IMG/VR virus record: IMGVR_UViG_3300020160_000355
Location: 1 to 54,111 of that record
DNA from: a virus
Lineage: Duplodnaviria; Caudoviricetes
Length of the DNA stretch: 54,111 nucleotides
Direction: 5' to 3' (one strand)
The position numbers were made by a program, and so were the translations under genes. The first letter of the stretch is position 1. Each line of letters opens with the position of its first letter. Positions 37,113-46,931 of the stretch are shown in pieces. The notes under the pieces were generated by a model that ran no database searches, was not told the DNA's origin, and worked only from the letters and a program-made list of their open reading frames with translations.

Positions 37113-37621
37113 GCTGCCTCCTGCTTAGCGGCTGCACGCTCGTGAGCGATGTCTTCTGCGGCAGGGTCGATATAGTCAGGCGGTGTTGTGGGTGGGGGCG
37201 GTGCACGCCATTCTTCATCCAACTCAGGATTCTTAAACCCATTGAAATTGAAATCAAACATGCCCGGTTGAGCCGTAGGCGCGGGGCTAGTGCTAGGCGC
37301 TACGGCTTGGAGCTGTGGGGGCGGGGCTACCGGTGTAGGGTTAGCTAGCTTCTGTGCTGCGGCTTGTACGCCCTTGCGGCTCATGACGCCACCGATACCG
37401 CCTACGACAAGCAGAACGATGTCATTGAGCATCTTCGCAAAAGCTTGGTCCATGGGAGCCATAGACTTCAGTGGTTGGACAACGAACGCCAAGCTATAGA
37501 GCATGAACGCGACGATGCCCGCCAAGATGAGTGTGACTACGATGACAACAAAACCCCAAATGCGGGTCTCATACTCATCAGCGGTCAGCCGAGGCAGCGG
37601 GTGTTGGTGCTTGTTGAACAA
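37109..37621 (-). CDS. two-TM membrane protein (holin-like) with Pro-rich tail
   Basis: Two hydrophobic segments. TTG start with GGAG RBS. Within the lysis cassette. Confidence 0.65.
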   Translation of the reverse strand: MFNKHQHPLPRLTADEYETRIWGFVVIVVTLILAGIVAFMLYSLAFVVQPLKSMAPMDQAFAKMLNDIVLLVVGGIGGVMSRKGVQAAAQKLANPTPVAPPPQLQAVAPSTSPAPTAQPGMFDFNFNGFKNPELDEEWRAPPPPTTPPDYIDPAAEDIAHERAAAKQEAA

Positions 37622-37799
37622 TTTGTTTCTCCAAAACAGGGGCTACGAGGTAATCTGGACAGTCTTGTGTGAACAGACAGTCAGGGCGTTGGCAGCGTTT
37701 CTGCGACCAGTTCGCTGGGTCTTGGCAATGATACCGGTATCGGTCTTCACAGCCCGCCATCAGCATCAACAGGCTTAGGCTCAATACGAGGTTTCTCAC
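37578..37799 (-). CDS. small Cys-rich lipoprotein
   Basis: GTG start with GGAG RBS. Lipobox LMAG-C and four further Cys. Confidence 0.7.
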   Translation of the reverse strand: MRNLVLSLSLLMLMAGCEDRYRYHCQDPANWSQKRCQRPDCLFTQDCPDYLVAPVLEKQIVQQAPTPAASADR

Positions 37800-38046
37800 G
37801 TTTCTTCTCCTTCTCTTCCAATCGTTGGACAATGGCTTCGGCCTTGTTCAGTTGTTTCTGTACATGCACGATGGCAAACGATAGCCCCATGATGCAAAAG
37901 ATCAAAAGCGTGACGATGACTACCCATGACCAAAATTCCTTCATAGAGTTAAATACAACCCCATCGTCTCTAAGAACCCGAACAGAATCGCCACTGCGTA
38001 CACCAGCTTGTATATTAGGATTTCTTGGCGGTGTTCGTGTTGCCAT
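37747..38046 (-). CDS. single-TM membrane protein with coiled coil
   Basis: FWSWVVIVTLLIFCIMGLSFAIV followed by a charged helix. Confidence 0.65.
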   Translation of the reverse strand: MATRTPPRNPNIQAGVRSGDSVRVLRDDGVVFNSMKEFWSWVVIVTLLIFCIMGLSFAIVHVQKQLNKAEAIVQRLEEKEKKREKPRIEPKPVDADGGL

Positions 38047-38678
38047 TTTAGGGCTCGTTCTTTCCTAGCTTTGACCTCACGAGCAGCTTCCTGCTCTTCC
38101 AAAATCTCGTCGTACTTGGTAAGAAACTCTTGGTACATTGCGCCAAGCCCTAGTTCTTCCGGAGTCCCCCAAATCATCGCCTGTTTTAGCTGCGCTGACA
38201 ACTGGTTCATCTGCCACTGGATTTCAATCCGGTCGATAGCACTGTCGGCAACTTTGTCCGTGGTCAGTGCCTCTTCCTCGAGTTCTCGGCAATGCTCTTT
38301 GAGTTGCCTCATGGCCTCAAAGTAGACCTTCAAATTCTCACATATCTCATGCACTGCACGAGCTTGAAACTCCTCGTAACTCAGCTCTGGTTCTGGGCCT
38401 CGCTTGGATTTTTTCTCGGGTGATTTGGCTGGCTCGGCGGCGGCAACAACTTGCTTTTCAGGTACAGATTTAGCCTGTCCTGCGCCTCGAAAAAGGCCAG
38501 TAATCCATTCCCAGATTCCTGTGACTTCTTTATAGATGGCTTTGGCGTCGGCGATTCCACCTTCAACCTGCTTCTTAAACTTGCCAATTTCAGCCTTCCC
38601 TTCTGACAGCATTTGACAGCCAGCACGGATAGCACCGACTGCACTTTGCGCCATGAGGAGAAGACTGATTGGGTCCAC
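37941..38678 (-). CDS. helical protein with C-terminal TM
   Basis: MDPISLL start, coiled coil, hydrophobic C-terminus. Confidence 0.75.
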   Translation of the reverse strand: MDPISLLLMAQSAVGAIRAGCQMLSEGKAEIGKFKKQVEGGIADAKAIYKEVTGIWEWITGLFRGAGQAKSVPEKQVVAAAEPAKSPEKKSKRGPEPELSYEEFQARAVHEICENLKVYFEAMRQLKEHCRELEEEALTTDKVADSAIDRIEIQWQMNQLSAQLKQAMIWGTPEELGLGAMYQEFLTKYDEILEEQEAAREVKARKERALKWQHEHRQEILIYKLVYAVAILFGFLETMGLYLTL

Positions 38679-38679
38679 A

Positions 38680-39039
38680 TCACAAGGGTTTTACTACGCC
38701 TACTTGCAAAGGGTTATCAACGCCCGCAGGAATCATGGATGGGTCGAGCACATCCTCTTCGCGTTCACCAGTGCGCAGAGCGTGTAGGCAGGAAGCGATA
38801 GTGTCATCTTCCAGCGCGGTCAAAAAATGGCGCTTGCCTTTGGCAATGTAGATCATGTGGGGGGCTTTGAACACAGTCTTGCTGCCTTCAACATCGACCT
38901 CTACACTGCCTTTGGACAGCAAGGTAATGTGGTCAAAGTTATGTACGTGGCCTTCGTTACGGTCCCCAGCTTTGACGAAGTGCATCATGCGAACCCAGAG
39001 GTTCGACACACAACTCATTGTTGTTTCTGGGTAGTTCAT
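38680..39039 (-). CDS. cupin-fold protein
   Basis: GHVHNFDH...GSVEV...IYIAKGKRH cupin metal motifs. Confidence 0.8.
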   Translation of the reverse strand: MNYPETTMSCVSNLWVRMMHFVKAGDRNEGHVHNFDHITLLSKGSVEVDVEGSKTVFKAPHMIYIAKGKRHFLTALEDDTIASCLHALRTGEREEDVLDPSMIPAGVDNPLQVGVVKPL

Positions 39040-39422
39040 AGCTGTGTAGTACCAATCTCAGTTGGGTCCGACGCCAACAAACCAAACTTGACGAGGGCTT
39101 TCGCTGCCCTCTTTTCAAATTCAACTTGCGCCCACATGGCAGCGTTTGCTTGCTGCTCTGTGGTCGGCGCTTCAATAGGCAGTTCTTGCACGAGGGCGAC
39201 GATTTGATCGAATCCAGTAGCCAAAGCTACCTCTTGTTCGCGTTGCGTTGCCCATGTTGGAGCGCGGTGCATGATTTCTTCATGGAGTGCAGTGCCAGTC
39301 AAGAACGCGCCATCAACTACGGGCACGTCAATAGCGTAAGCACCGAGAAGTTTTTCGCCTTCTTTGTAAAGCACTTCAATTTGGCCAATTTCTGGCGTTG
39401 CGCGAATAATCTGATAGTCCAT
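39036..39422 (-). CDS. tail fibre-associated hypothetical protein
   Basis: Coupled to the adhesin gene (TAATG). Confidence 0.65.
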   Translation of the reverse strand: MDYQIIRATPEIGQIEVLYKEGEKLLGAYAIDVPVVDGAFLTGTALHEEIMHRAPTWATQREQEVALATGFDQIVALVQELPIEAPTTEQQANAAMWAQVEFEKRAAKALVKFGLLASDPTEIGTTQL

Positions 39423-40333
39423 TAAGAGATACCTCCGTTACGTGTTCCTGTTGCAATCCATGAAATGTTGCCGTTGCCTGAGACTGCGCCACCACCAGCA
39501 CCACCACCGGCACCGGCGCTGTTGCCTGTCGTGCCGGTAGCGCCGGTAGCACCAAAAGAACCCCCGGCCCCCCCAGCGAGGTTGTATTGCCCGCTGTTTA
39601 CCGAGTCAACCTTCGCCGCCCCGCCAGCCCCGGCGCTTGTAAGTGTTCCTGCCTGCCCTGCATTAGAGGTGAAAGCATAAAGAGGCCCGACTGCCGTTCC
39701 GCCAGCGCCGCCGCCAAGACCTCCGCCGCCACTACTACCACTCAGATCAGTGCCCTGAAGTTTGCCGTAGTAGCGAGTGACATACCCAGCGCCACCGCCG
39801 CCACCGCCGCCGCCAGCAATCCGACCAGCGTTGTTGATACTCACGCCAACAGAGACGCTCAAAGCAAGTCCCCCGCCACTACCGGCAGTTGCTTGGACAA
39901 CGCCACTGGGACGGGAAGCGCCACGTCCGCCTGCGCCGCCCATGCCTTGAATAGTGCCGTTGTTCACGAGCGTTACGCCGCCGGGGAAGCTACCGTTGAT
40001 CGTAAGCGCTGGCGTACCTGTACTCGTTGAGTAGATGTAAACACCAGAGTTGATGGTTGCGACCACTGCGCTAGACTGATTCCAACCAGCATTAACGGCT
40101 AGGGTGCGTAAGTTCGCGTTTGTTTGGCTAGATGAAATCGTGAATGAGAACGTAGGTGAAGTAGGTCTCTTGCCATAGAACTGATTGAAACCAAGGTTTG
40201 CGCTGGTAAACGTACCTGACGCACCTGCGTCGGTATACCAAACAGTTCCTCGGTATGCGTTCAAATTATTGCCACGACCAAACTCGGCGTTGATAGCCGA
40301 CATTGAAAGAGCGCCAGAAGCAGGGAGAGTCAT
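39422..40333 (-). CDS. glycine-rich receptor-binding adhesin (T-even gp38-like)
   Basis: LVNNGTIQGMGGAGG, INNAGRIAGGGGGGGG and multiple poly-Gly runs. Confidence 0.75.
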   Translation of the reverse strand: MTLPASGALSMSAINAEFGRGNNLNAYRGTVWYTDAGASGTFTSANLGFNQFYGKRPTSPTFSFTISSSQTNANLRTLAVNAGWNQSSAVVATINSGVYIYSTSTGTPALTINGSFPGGVTLVNNGTIQGMGGAGGRGASRPSGVVQATAGSGGGLALSVSVGVSINNAGRIAGGGGGGGGAGYVTRYYGKLQGTDLSGSSGGGGLGGGAGGTAVGPLYAFTSNAGQAGTLTSAGAGGAAKVDSVNSGQYNLAGGAGGSFGATGATGTTGNSAGAGGGAGGGAVSGNGNISWIATGTRNGGIS

Positions 40334-40342
40334 TTGTGCTCC

Positions 40343-40933
40343 TTATGGTGCGCCGTATGCTGTGATATCCGCAGCGGAAGTAATGTTGCCCGATGAGTCC
40401 ATCGAGGCAATGACAGTGGAACCATACTTGAACTGTAGCTTACCGCTTGCCTGCTCCACAGAGAAGTTTGTTGTGAGTAGCTTTGGTGTTGTTGTAGCTG
40501 TTGTAGCTGTTGTAGCTGTTGCGGCGTTACCCGTACAAGAGCCGGAAGAACCTGTGACGTTGCCCGTGACGTTTGCAACAATACCGTCAGAGAATGTTTT
40601 CACTCCGGACACAGTCTGAGCACCATCTAACTGGACAAAGTTGCCTAGTCCGGCTGCGGTGATGCGCAGCTCAAGCTTGTCTGCTGCCGCATAGCTACGC
40701 GCTGTAGTGCCCTCCTGCGCCCGGACGACAGTCATTGAATCTGCGGTTCGGCTCGTGACTTTAACAATTTCAAGGTTGTTGCTTGAGTCTACTAAGGTGG
40801 CGTAGAAATACGAGCCTGCTGGAGTAGTAGGGAACAACGCGCCCAAATTGGTCGACACCGTAATCGTAGTCGAGGACGAGGTGATGGAGGAGGCGAGAGT
40901 GGCCGAAGCCGTGTTTGAAAAAAGAACAGGCAT
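40343..40933 (-). CDS. short tail fibre protein
   Basis: LEIVKVT...VRAQEGT, VTGNVTG repeats, ends DITAYGAP. Confidence 0.7.
   Translation of the reverse strand: MPVLFSNTASATLASSITSSSTTITVSTNLGALFPTTPAGSYFYATLVDSSNNLEIVKVTSRTADSMTVVRAQEGTTARSYAAADKLELRITAAGLGNFVQLDGAQTVSGVKTFSDGIVANVTGNVTGSSGSCTGNAATATTATTATTTPKLLTTNFSVEQASGKLQFKYGSTVIASMDSSGNITSAADITAYGAP
40491..40517. repeat. 9-bp tandem repeat x3 (GTTGTAGCT) in a fibre gene
   Basis: Encodes ATT-ATT-ATT on the - strand. Confidence 0.8.
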
Positions 40934-40942
40934 GTGTTTTCC

Positions 40943-42442
40943 TTAGTCGACTAATTTTGCCACAGTGGCTTCTAGTTGCGCAATCCGCTCTTGTAATTGG
41001 TCGATCAACTCGTCATGCTCGTTACCTGTCTGGACAAGCAATGGAACCAACTTCTCGTACTGCACAGTCAAGTAGTTCTTACCAGACTTGCTTTCACCTG
41101 CTAACGGGTCTTTATCGAATGGTGCTTGGTGGACCGCTTCAGGTACGATCTTCTGCACGCGCTGGGCAAGCAAGCCAATGTCTTTTGCTGGTGGGTAGAA
41201 GTCCCACTTGTTACATTCTTCCAAGTCCCAATCAAAGTACACACCGTCAATCTGGCGGAGCATCTTACGAGCGTTGGCAATTGGTGTTACATTGTTTTTC
41301 AACCGCTCATCAGATGCGTACGCGGTAACGTTACCCGTGTTGATCTGGTTACCTGAACCATCCCAGTACGCACGCCATGTGCTGTTACTGTAGTAAAAAC
41401 CGGTTGCCCCAGAGTTGAACATCAACGTGCCGGACACATCTGAGAACGAGATACCCGCATATGTGTTGGTAGTACCTGTTACTCCAATTGAACCGTATGA
41501 ACCATAGTTGATGGTGTTGCCTTGGATACGCTGCCACACAGTCGATGCGGAATCGAGAATCGCGTTGCCCAAAATAGTAGGGCGCGCGCGGACAAAGTTC
41601 GTGACACCGTTGTGGTCAATGCTGATCGCTGTCTGCGCACCGGTAGCGTAGCTGCTCGTTGTGGCGAGGTACATTTTTGTACCATAAGCGCCGGAGCCCT
41701 GAACATAGATACCTGCTTGCGCACCAGTCGTGCCTGTACCGCCGTTCCACGTAATGCCGGAGGCGTAGTCAGCCGTTGTCTGGCCGTTAAAGTGGATGCC
41801 GTAGTTACCAAGCCCGGGGGTTGTGGCGTTGATTGCCGCTTGGTATGCGGATTGAAGAGCTAAAGCTGTAGTGCCTGCAATAGTAGTAGGTGTCCCGCCG
41901 GAGCCATTAGCCGCAGCAGTCAAGCGCCCTTGGGCGTCTACCGTAATGTTTGCGTTGGTGTAGGAGCCCGCTGTCACTGTGGTATTCGCCAAGCTCCAAG
42001 TTACGGCAGCAGAGCCGTTAAATGTTGAGCCGCTCAAACCTGTACCCGCAGTGTGCGCGTTAGCCACAGACCCCGCAGAGCCAGTTGTGCTCTGATTAAA
42101 CGTTGGCCATGTTTGTCCTGCGGCAAACGTGATTGCCCCAGTCATGGTCCCACCTGCCTTTGCCAGATATGACGTCAGGTCGACCGCACCCCAAGATAGA
42201 TTTGTGCCGTCCGTAGTCAGAAACTTGCCGGAGTTGCTAGTCTGAGTAGGGATAACCCCGTCTACATACCCTTTACTAGCCGCATGAAGGCTAGCCGTAG
42301 GGGCAGCATGTAAAGTAAGAAACCCCGTCAACGTACCACCGGAAAGCTCTAACTTGCCGGTGTTCAGGTTCAGAAAGTTCGCATCGACTTCCGCATTGGT
42401 CAGCGGAGAGCCTTTGCCAGCGCGGGTGACGATGGTTGACAT
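40943..42442 (-). CDS. tail fibre with C-terminal intramolecular chaperone (peptidase S74)
   Basis: Gly/Thr-rich shaft, AYA-SDERLKNN cleavage motif, IGLLAQ, YEKLVPLL, and a terminal coiled coil. Confidence 0.88.
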   Translation of the reverse strand: MSTIVTRAGKGSPLTNAEVDANFLNLNTGKLELSGGTLTGFLTLHAAPTASLHAASKGYVDGVIPTQTSNSGKFLTTDGTNLSWGAVDLTSYLAKAGGTMTGAITFAAGQTWPTFNQSTTGSAGSVANAHTAGTGLSGSTFNGSAAVTWSLANTTVTAGSYTNANITVDAQGRLTAAANGSGGTPTTIAGTTALALQSAYQAAINATTPGLGNYGIHFNGQTTADYASGITWNGGTGTTGAQAGIYVQGSGAYGTKMYLATTSSYATGAQTAISIDHNGVTNFVRARPTILGNAILDSASTVWQRIQGNTINYGSYGSIGVTGTTNTYAGISFSDVSGTLMFNSGATGFYYSNSTWRAYWDGSGNQINTGNVTAYASDERLKNNVTPIANARKMLRQIDGVYFDWDLEECNKWDFYPPAKDIGLLAQRVQKIVPEAVHQAPFDKDPLAGESKSGKNYLTVQYEKLVPLLVQTGNEHDELIDQLQERIAQLEATVAKLVD

Positions 42443-42452
42443 CAGCTACCCC

Positions 42453-42902
42453 TTAGCTGACGGTAATGGTCCAAGTGATGCTCATTGCATCTGAAGCGCC
42501 TTTGTTCACCACAGAGAACACTGTGCGGCACAGCAGGGTGCCACCAGAGCTAGCGTTAAGAACGCCGGCTTCAGTAACCGCGCCAGTACCTGTACCGGCT
42601 GGGAAGGTTGCTGTATATGTCACGACGTTAGCGGCAGAGGACGAAGACGCAAGCGTCACGCGGCCCAGTTCAGAAACGAGTGCGGTATCACCAGCTGCTG
42701 CTGCGGTAGTGCCCGCGCCAACAGCCATATCTGTCATAGCAATCGGAGTGTTAACCGTAGTTTTGAGCATACTTGCAGCAATGAAAGTCTTGCCTGCGGT
42801 CACGACCAAGTTTTGGATTTTGCGCTCGTCTTTAACGCCGCCATTGGCGTCAAACAATTTAATACTGACAGCGCCAGTAATTTTTAGGTGGTCTTGCAAC
42901 AT
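42453..42902 (-). CDS. virion structural protein
   Basis: NLVVTAG...ATFPAGTGTGAVTEAG pattern typical of tail/fibre-base proteins. Confidence 0.75.
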   Translation of the reverse strand: MLQDHLKITGAVSIKLFDANGGVKDERKIQNLVVTAGKTFIAASMLKTTVNTPIAMTDMAVGAGTTAAAAGDTALVSELGRVTLASSSSAANVVTYTATFPAGTGTGAVTEAGVLNASSGGTLLCRTVFSVVNKGASDAMSITWTITVS

Positions 42903-42912
42903 GGTTTACTCC

Positions 42913-43872
42913 TTAGAAAGTGAAGGCGGTTCCGACATAGTCTTCTGCAAAATAGGCTAGGTCGCAATAATCTTGCTGGACAATAAGGCCGCCGTCGGCA
43001 AGCGAAACTGAGTCACTTACATCTTTAGCTATTGTCTGCGAAAAATCGTCGATTGCAAAGGCAATATTTGCAATCGAAGTGCTAAATGAAAAATCAAGAC
43101 CATCGCTAGCCTCGAATCCATCATTCATAGTTACGCCATCAGTGATTAGCTTCTGGGCATCGAACGTCTGAGCGTCTACAAACGAAATAGGGTCGTCCAG
43201 TGCTTTTTGGGCTTGGAAGACTGCGGCGTCGGCTAATGAAGCAGCATCACTAAAGACTTTCTCTGTAGAAAGTATAACTACGTCAGTAGCCGTATAAGAC
43301 TCAACTAAGTCTTTAGCGACTGTTAGAGCAGCTAAATCAAGTAACCCGGCGGTGTCGGCAACCGCTTTATCAGCGGAAAGAGTTAGGGCATCTGAGGTAG
43401 ATACGGCGTCAACAATAGCTTTAGTAAAGGCAACAAGGGCGGCGTCGGACACGCTATACGTGTCAGCAAAGTCGCGCAAGAACGTTAAAACAGTTTGCAC
43501 TGTGTCTGTCACTGCCGCAGTGTCGGACAACGTTTTGGCTGCTTGGAGTGCTACCAAATCGGTTAGTACGAACGAGTCTACGAGGCTTTTTCCGAGGGTA
43601 TAGCTAACCCCATCCGATACGACCGCAACATCAGCCTTATATTGGTACTGCCCGGAGTCGTCCATGTACACAACGGGCACGATTTCAATGTACGACAGCG
43701 CAGACGCAGCAAGTACATACGTTGTTAGTACCTCTGGGGCTGTGTATCCAACAGAAGCGCTCGCGCTTTCATATGAAGCTGTGGCTTCTGGGGCTACATG
43801 CGTAACGGAAGGCGTAGCGTCAACGACTACGATGCTGACCGAAATCTGTGGCCCGCCGACCGTAGCGTCCAT
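42913..43872 (-). CDS. repeat-rich acidic structural protein
   Basis: Periodic K-x-L-x-D...D repeats of about 19 aa. Confidence 0.7.
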   Translation of the reverse strand: MDATVGGPQISVSIVVVDATPSVTHVAPEATASYESASASVGYTAPEVLTTYVLAASALSYIEIVPVVYMDDSGQYQYKADVAVVSDGVSYTLGKSLVDSFVLTDLVALQAAKTLSDTAAVTDTVQTVLTFLRDFADTYSVSDAALVAFTKAIVDAVSTSDALTLSADKAVADTAGLLDLAALTVAKDLVESYTATDVVILSTEKVFSDAASLADAAVFQAQKALDDPISFVDAQTFDAQKLITDGVTMNDGFEASDGLDFSFSTSIANIAFAIDDFSQTIAKDVSDSVSLADGGLIVQQDYCDLAYFAEDYVGTAFTF

Positions 43873-44204
43873 TAGAAGTCCCCGCGAACCTTGAACTTCA
43901 GTGTGTCGTACACAGTCTGAATCTGACCATCAGCAAACGTGATTTGAATCTCCCCTTCATAGTCGCCGGGAGTACCTGTCAGCATCTCAGGAGCGGACGC
44001 AGGGTAGAACACGCAGCCCCCATTGAGGGCGTCGGTCACCGCGCCGGGGACTGTAGCCTGCAACGTAGTAGCCCCAGCAGCTCGAAATTTAAGAACTAGA
44101 TTCGCCCCGGTCAGAACAATAGGCGAGCCAGTAGTGGTGTCTGTGAGCGTACACACCAGCGCTGGGCGAGTGTCGTTTTGAACCAGTTTGATTTTGTCAC
44201 TCAT
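43872..44204 (-). CDS. BppU N-terminal-like fibre attachment protein
   Basis: LVQNDTRP...GDYEGEIQITFADG. Confidence 0.65.
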   Translation of the reverse strand: MSDKIKLVQNDTRPALVCTLTDTTTGSPIVLTGANLVLKFRAAGATTLQATVPGAVTDALNGGCVFYPASAPEMLTGTPGDYEGEIQITFADGQIQTVYDTLKFKVRGDF

Positions 44205-44851
44205 GCGAACCTCTGAAATTCAATACGTGCAGAAGCACGGGTCAAGCCCTTGTACACGCGGGTGCGGACTTCGGCCATGATGTCGTTGAACCGCTTTGTG
44301 TAGACGCCGGCAGCACTGGGGTCATAGTATGGCTGGTCAGGAGTGTTGTACAAGCGTGCGCGTGCGCCCATAGCAATCTGCTCAAGGAAACGCTCATACA
44401 GCTCGTCAGTGACCGTTGTAGACGAACGCTTAGGCGCAAGGGCTGCCTTCACCTTCAACTTGTTCTGTGCCGTCGTCTCGGGCTTCGTAACCAACTGCAT
44501 CACGTTCGAGCGTGTGCGGAAGTAGTAGTACGGGTTGCCCTTTAGGTCTTCCCAGTTCGACGTGCGGTAGATTTGATTCAGCTCTTCTTGAGACTTAGGA
44601 ATCAAAAGCTGGTCACCGTAGTACGCCTGCATGATCTCCACTACTTTGTAGTTGGGGTCGTTGGCATCCAAGTCGTATTCACCCACATTCTCTTGCCCAG
44701 CGATGGGGTCGAGGTTCTCTTGGATGTAGTGCGTCTCTTCACAGAACTCGATGACCGCGTTGCGGATGGCCTGCACGGCCACGATTTCAGGCACGTCACG
44801 GACGAACGGCATGACCTCGGGCAAGAAGACTTCGTAGGAAACTTCGCTCAT
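44201..44851 (-). CDS. head-tail adaptor / tail tubular protein A-like
   Basis: Position after the capsid gene. AIRNAVIEFCEET motif. Confidence 0.7.
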   Translation of the reverse strand: MSEVSYEVFLPEVMPFVRDVPEIVAVQAIRNAVIEFCEETHYIQENLDPIAGQENVGEYDLDANDPNYKVVEIMQAYYGDQLLIPKSQEELNQIYRTSNWEDLKGNPYYYFRTRSNVMQLVTKPETTAQNKLKVKAALAPKRSSTTVTDELYERFLEQIAMGARARLYNTPDQPYYDPSAAGVYTKRFNDIMAEVRTRVYKGLTRASARIEFQRFA

Positions 44852-45534
44852 GATTGTGACCCGGGTACAGAGGTGTTACGTGGGTTGAGGGCCTGAACGG
44901 GGTCGTTCGATACCTCAGTCTGCGCCTTACCGCTAACAGCAGCAACGAATGTAGCCAAATAGCCTTGGGCCAACTGAAGGCCGGGAGCGTACTCAGCATC
45001 TTTACTACAAGCGCGGTAAAGGATGTAATCCACCAGAGAGGACTGGTAGATGTCAAAAATTGGGATGACTTCTGATTCAGAGGTCAAGTTTGTAGGCTGG
45101 GCCGAATAGTTCAGCTCAACGTACTGAGTGCCCGTATTGGGCGGATACACATAGAACGCTGTCTGGTCCTGTGTGTCATAGATGTAGTTACGCACCTCGG
45201 CGGCTGCCGTGGCGGTGTGCCAGTTGGGGTTGAAGTTGTCTAACAACTCACGAGACACAATACGAATGGCGCGACCCGGCGTAGTGCCTGAGGTGCCCAT
45301 GTTGCGATACATCTGAAGCAACAACCAACCGCCCGTAGGCAGAGACTGGCGAGTGCCAGCATCTAGCTTTTTTGAGACGGTGGTCGAGGAAGCGCTCGGC
45401 TGGATGAGCACAATTTGGCGCATACCGTCGTTGAGCCAAGCCAACAGTTCCGAACGAGTCCAACGGATGTTGGCCAAGTCGATCAGCTGGACTGACGCTT
45501 TATCAATGATGGTTTGTGCTGTTACCGTGCCCAT
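44848..45534 (-). CDS. head-tail adaptor (DUF6682-like)
   Basis: RWTRSELLAWLNDG, FYVYPP, LVDYILYRACSKD. Confidence 0.75.
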   Translation of the reverse strand: MGTVTAQTIIDKASVQLIDLANIRWTRSELLAWLNDGMRQIVLIQPSASSTTVSKKLDAGTRQSLPTGGWLLLQMYRNMGTSGTTPGRAIRIVSRELLDNFNPNWHTATAAAEVRNYIYDTQDQTAFYVYPPNTGTQYVELNYSAQPTNLTSESEVIPIFDIYQSSLVDYILYRACSKDAEYAPGLQLAQGYLATFVAAVSGKAQTEVSNDPVQALNPRNTSVPGSQS

Positions 45535-45541
45535 TTTTGCC

Positions 45542-45784
45542 TTACGCTGTTACTGCCAATGCGGCTTCAATCGCTGGAACTTGAGTGCCTACCCACAAGC
45601 CTTGAACCGTGAGGTTATCAGCTGTTGCAGTGCCTGCATCAAGACCAGTGATGCCCAGAGCTTGAGTGTAAGTGAAACCTGCGGAAACCAAGCCATCAAT
45701 GTTGGCGGTGGTGTCTTCAGCTACTACAGCTTGCGCTTGAGGGAGAGATAAACCGCTGGCGATTAAGTCGTCTAGTACTGCCAT
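45542..45784 (-). CDS. small acidic virion protein with internal repeats
   Basis: AGGAG RBS. Three L-x-x-x-G-[LF]...Q repeats. Confidence 0.7.
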   Translation of the reverse strand: MAVLDDLIASGLSLPQAQAVVAEDTTANIDGLVSAGFTYTQALGITGLDAGTATADNLTVQGLWVGTQVPAIEAALAVTA

Positions 45785-45806
45785 GTCGTTCTCCTAAGGT
45801 TAATTT

Positions 45807-45830
45807 AAAAGCAGGGGCCGAAGCCCCCGC
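45807..45830 (-). terminator. intrinsic terminator after the major capsid gene
   Basis: On the - strand: GCGGGGGC-TTCG-GCCCCTGC-TTTT. Confidence 0.85.
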
Positions 45831-45847
45831 CCGTCTCCACGGGGAGA

Positions 45848-46870
45848 TTAACCTGCGGCGACCAACAGTGCCAAGCCTTTTGGCTGAGCAACTTGTGAGC
45901 CATACACGTTCAAGCCGCGCACCAATGTACCGAAGTCGTTGGGGTTTTGCAGGCTTTCCACTTTCGCGATTTGCGAAGCGAATGTGATGGCAGACTTGTG
46001 ACCAGCCATGATAGCGTGGCGCTTAGCTGTACCAGAAGCGTTGGCATCAGTGCCAGTGTTGGGGTTCATCCAAGTCTTGCCTGATGCACCGCGTGGAACC
46101 AAGTTCGACACGTACACAGTGAAACGGTCGATCATGCCGATCTTGCCGTTGCGCAAAACGCTAGATGCGTCGCCCATGAACTGAGCTTGAGCCAAGTTAG
46201 ATTGCATCAAGATTTGACGCTCTGTTGGGGTCAAGATCAACCAGCGGTCAGTCTCAGGCACGTTGGCTTCGTCCAACACGCTTGACAGAGCAGTGATGCT
46301 CGACAAGATGTTAGAAGCAGTCAAGGTCACAGGAGCTGCGTCTGTACCGAGGTTGTAACCACCAGAGATAGCACCAGCGGTGGCACCTTGGTTAGCTGCG
46401 TCGCCAGCGGCAAAGTTTGTGTACAACACGTCTTTGTCGATGTTGATCTTCATTTGCATTGCGGCGTCGTTGGTGAACATGTCCATCAACTTTGGCTTGG
46501 CTTGCAATTCCAACACGTTGTTCACGTTCACGCCGAAGTACTTACCCTTGTTGATGACCAAGCTGATGGTCGAAGGAGCTGGCACTTCGTAAGCCAAGTT
46601 TTGGCCAACGCTGTAGCTGTTGATCGTGATGGATGGGATGGTGTTGATGATGACAGTGTCACCCATGCCAGTGATGTCGCCTTGCCAGTCGGTGTTAGCG
46701 ATTTCGCCGAACACGGTGGCTGCGTAGAACTTCTGGGCCAACTTGCCAGACCAGAGGGCTGGAATGAACGAACCAGAGTAGGCTGTACCTGAGTACGCTA
46801 CTTGGCCGCCGGGGGTGTTGAAACCGCCGGAGTTGATGGGATAGGCTGCTGCTGCGGTGATTGTAGACAT
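45848..46870 (-). CDS. major capsid protein
   Basis: FIPALWS, GDTVII, IGMIDRFTVYVSN, RGLNVYG. Follows the scaffold gene and precedes a terminator. Confidence 0.9.
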   Translation of the reverse strand: MSTITAAAAYPINSGGFNTPGGQVAYSGTAYSGSFIPALWSGKLAQKFYAATVFGEIANTDWQGDITGMGDTVIINTIPSITINSYSVGQNLAYEVPAPSTISLVINKGKYFGVNVNNVLELQAKPKLMDMFTNDAAMQMKINIDKDVLYTNFAAGDAANQGATAGAISGGYNLGTDAAPVTLTASNILSSITALSSVLDEANVPETDRWLILTPTERQILMQSNLAQAQFMGDASSVLRNGKIGMIDRFTVYVSNLVPRGASGKTWMNPNTGTDANASGTAKRHAIMAGHKSAITFASQIAKVESLQNPNDFGTLVRGLNVYGSQVAQPKGLALLVAAG

Positions 46871-46931
46871 GGTGGTCTTCCTTCTGTTAAAAAACGGTTT
46901 GGTTCAACCGCCATGTCCTTTGGTGCATTGC

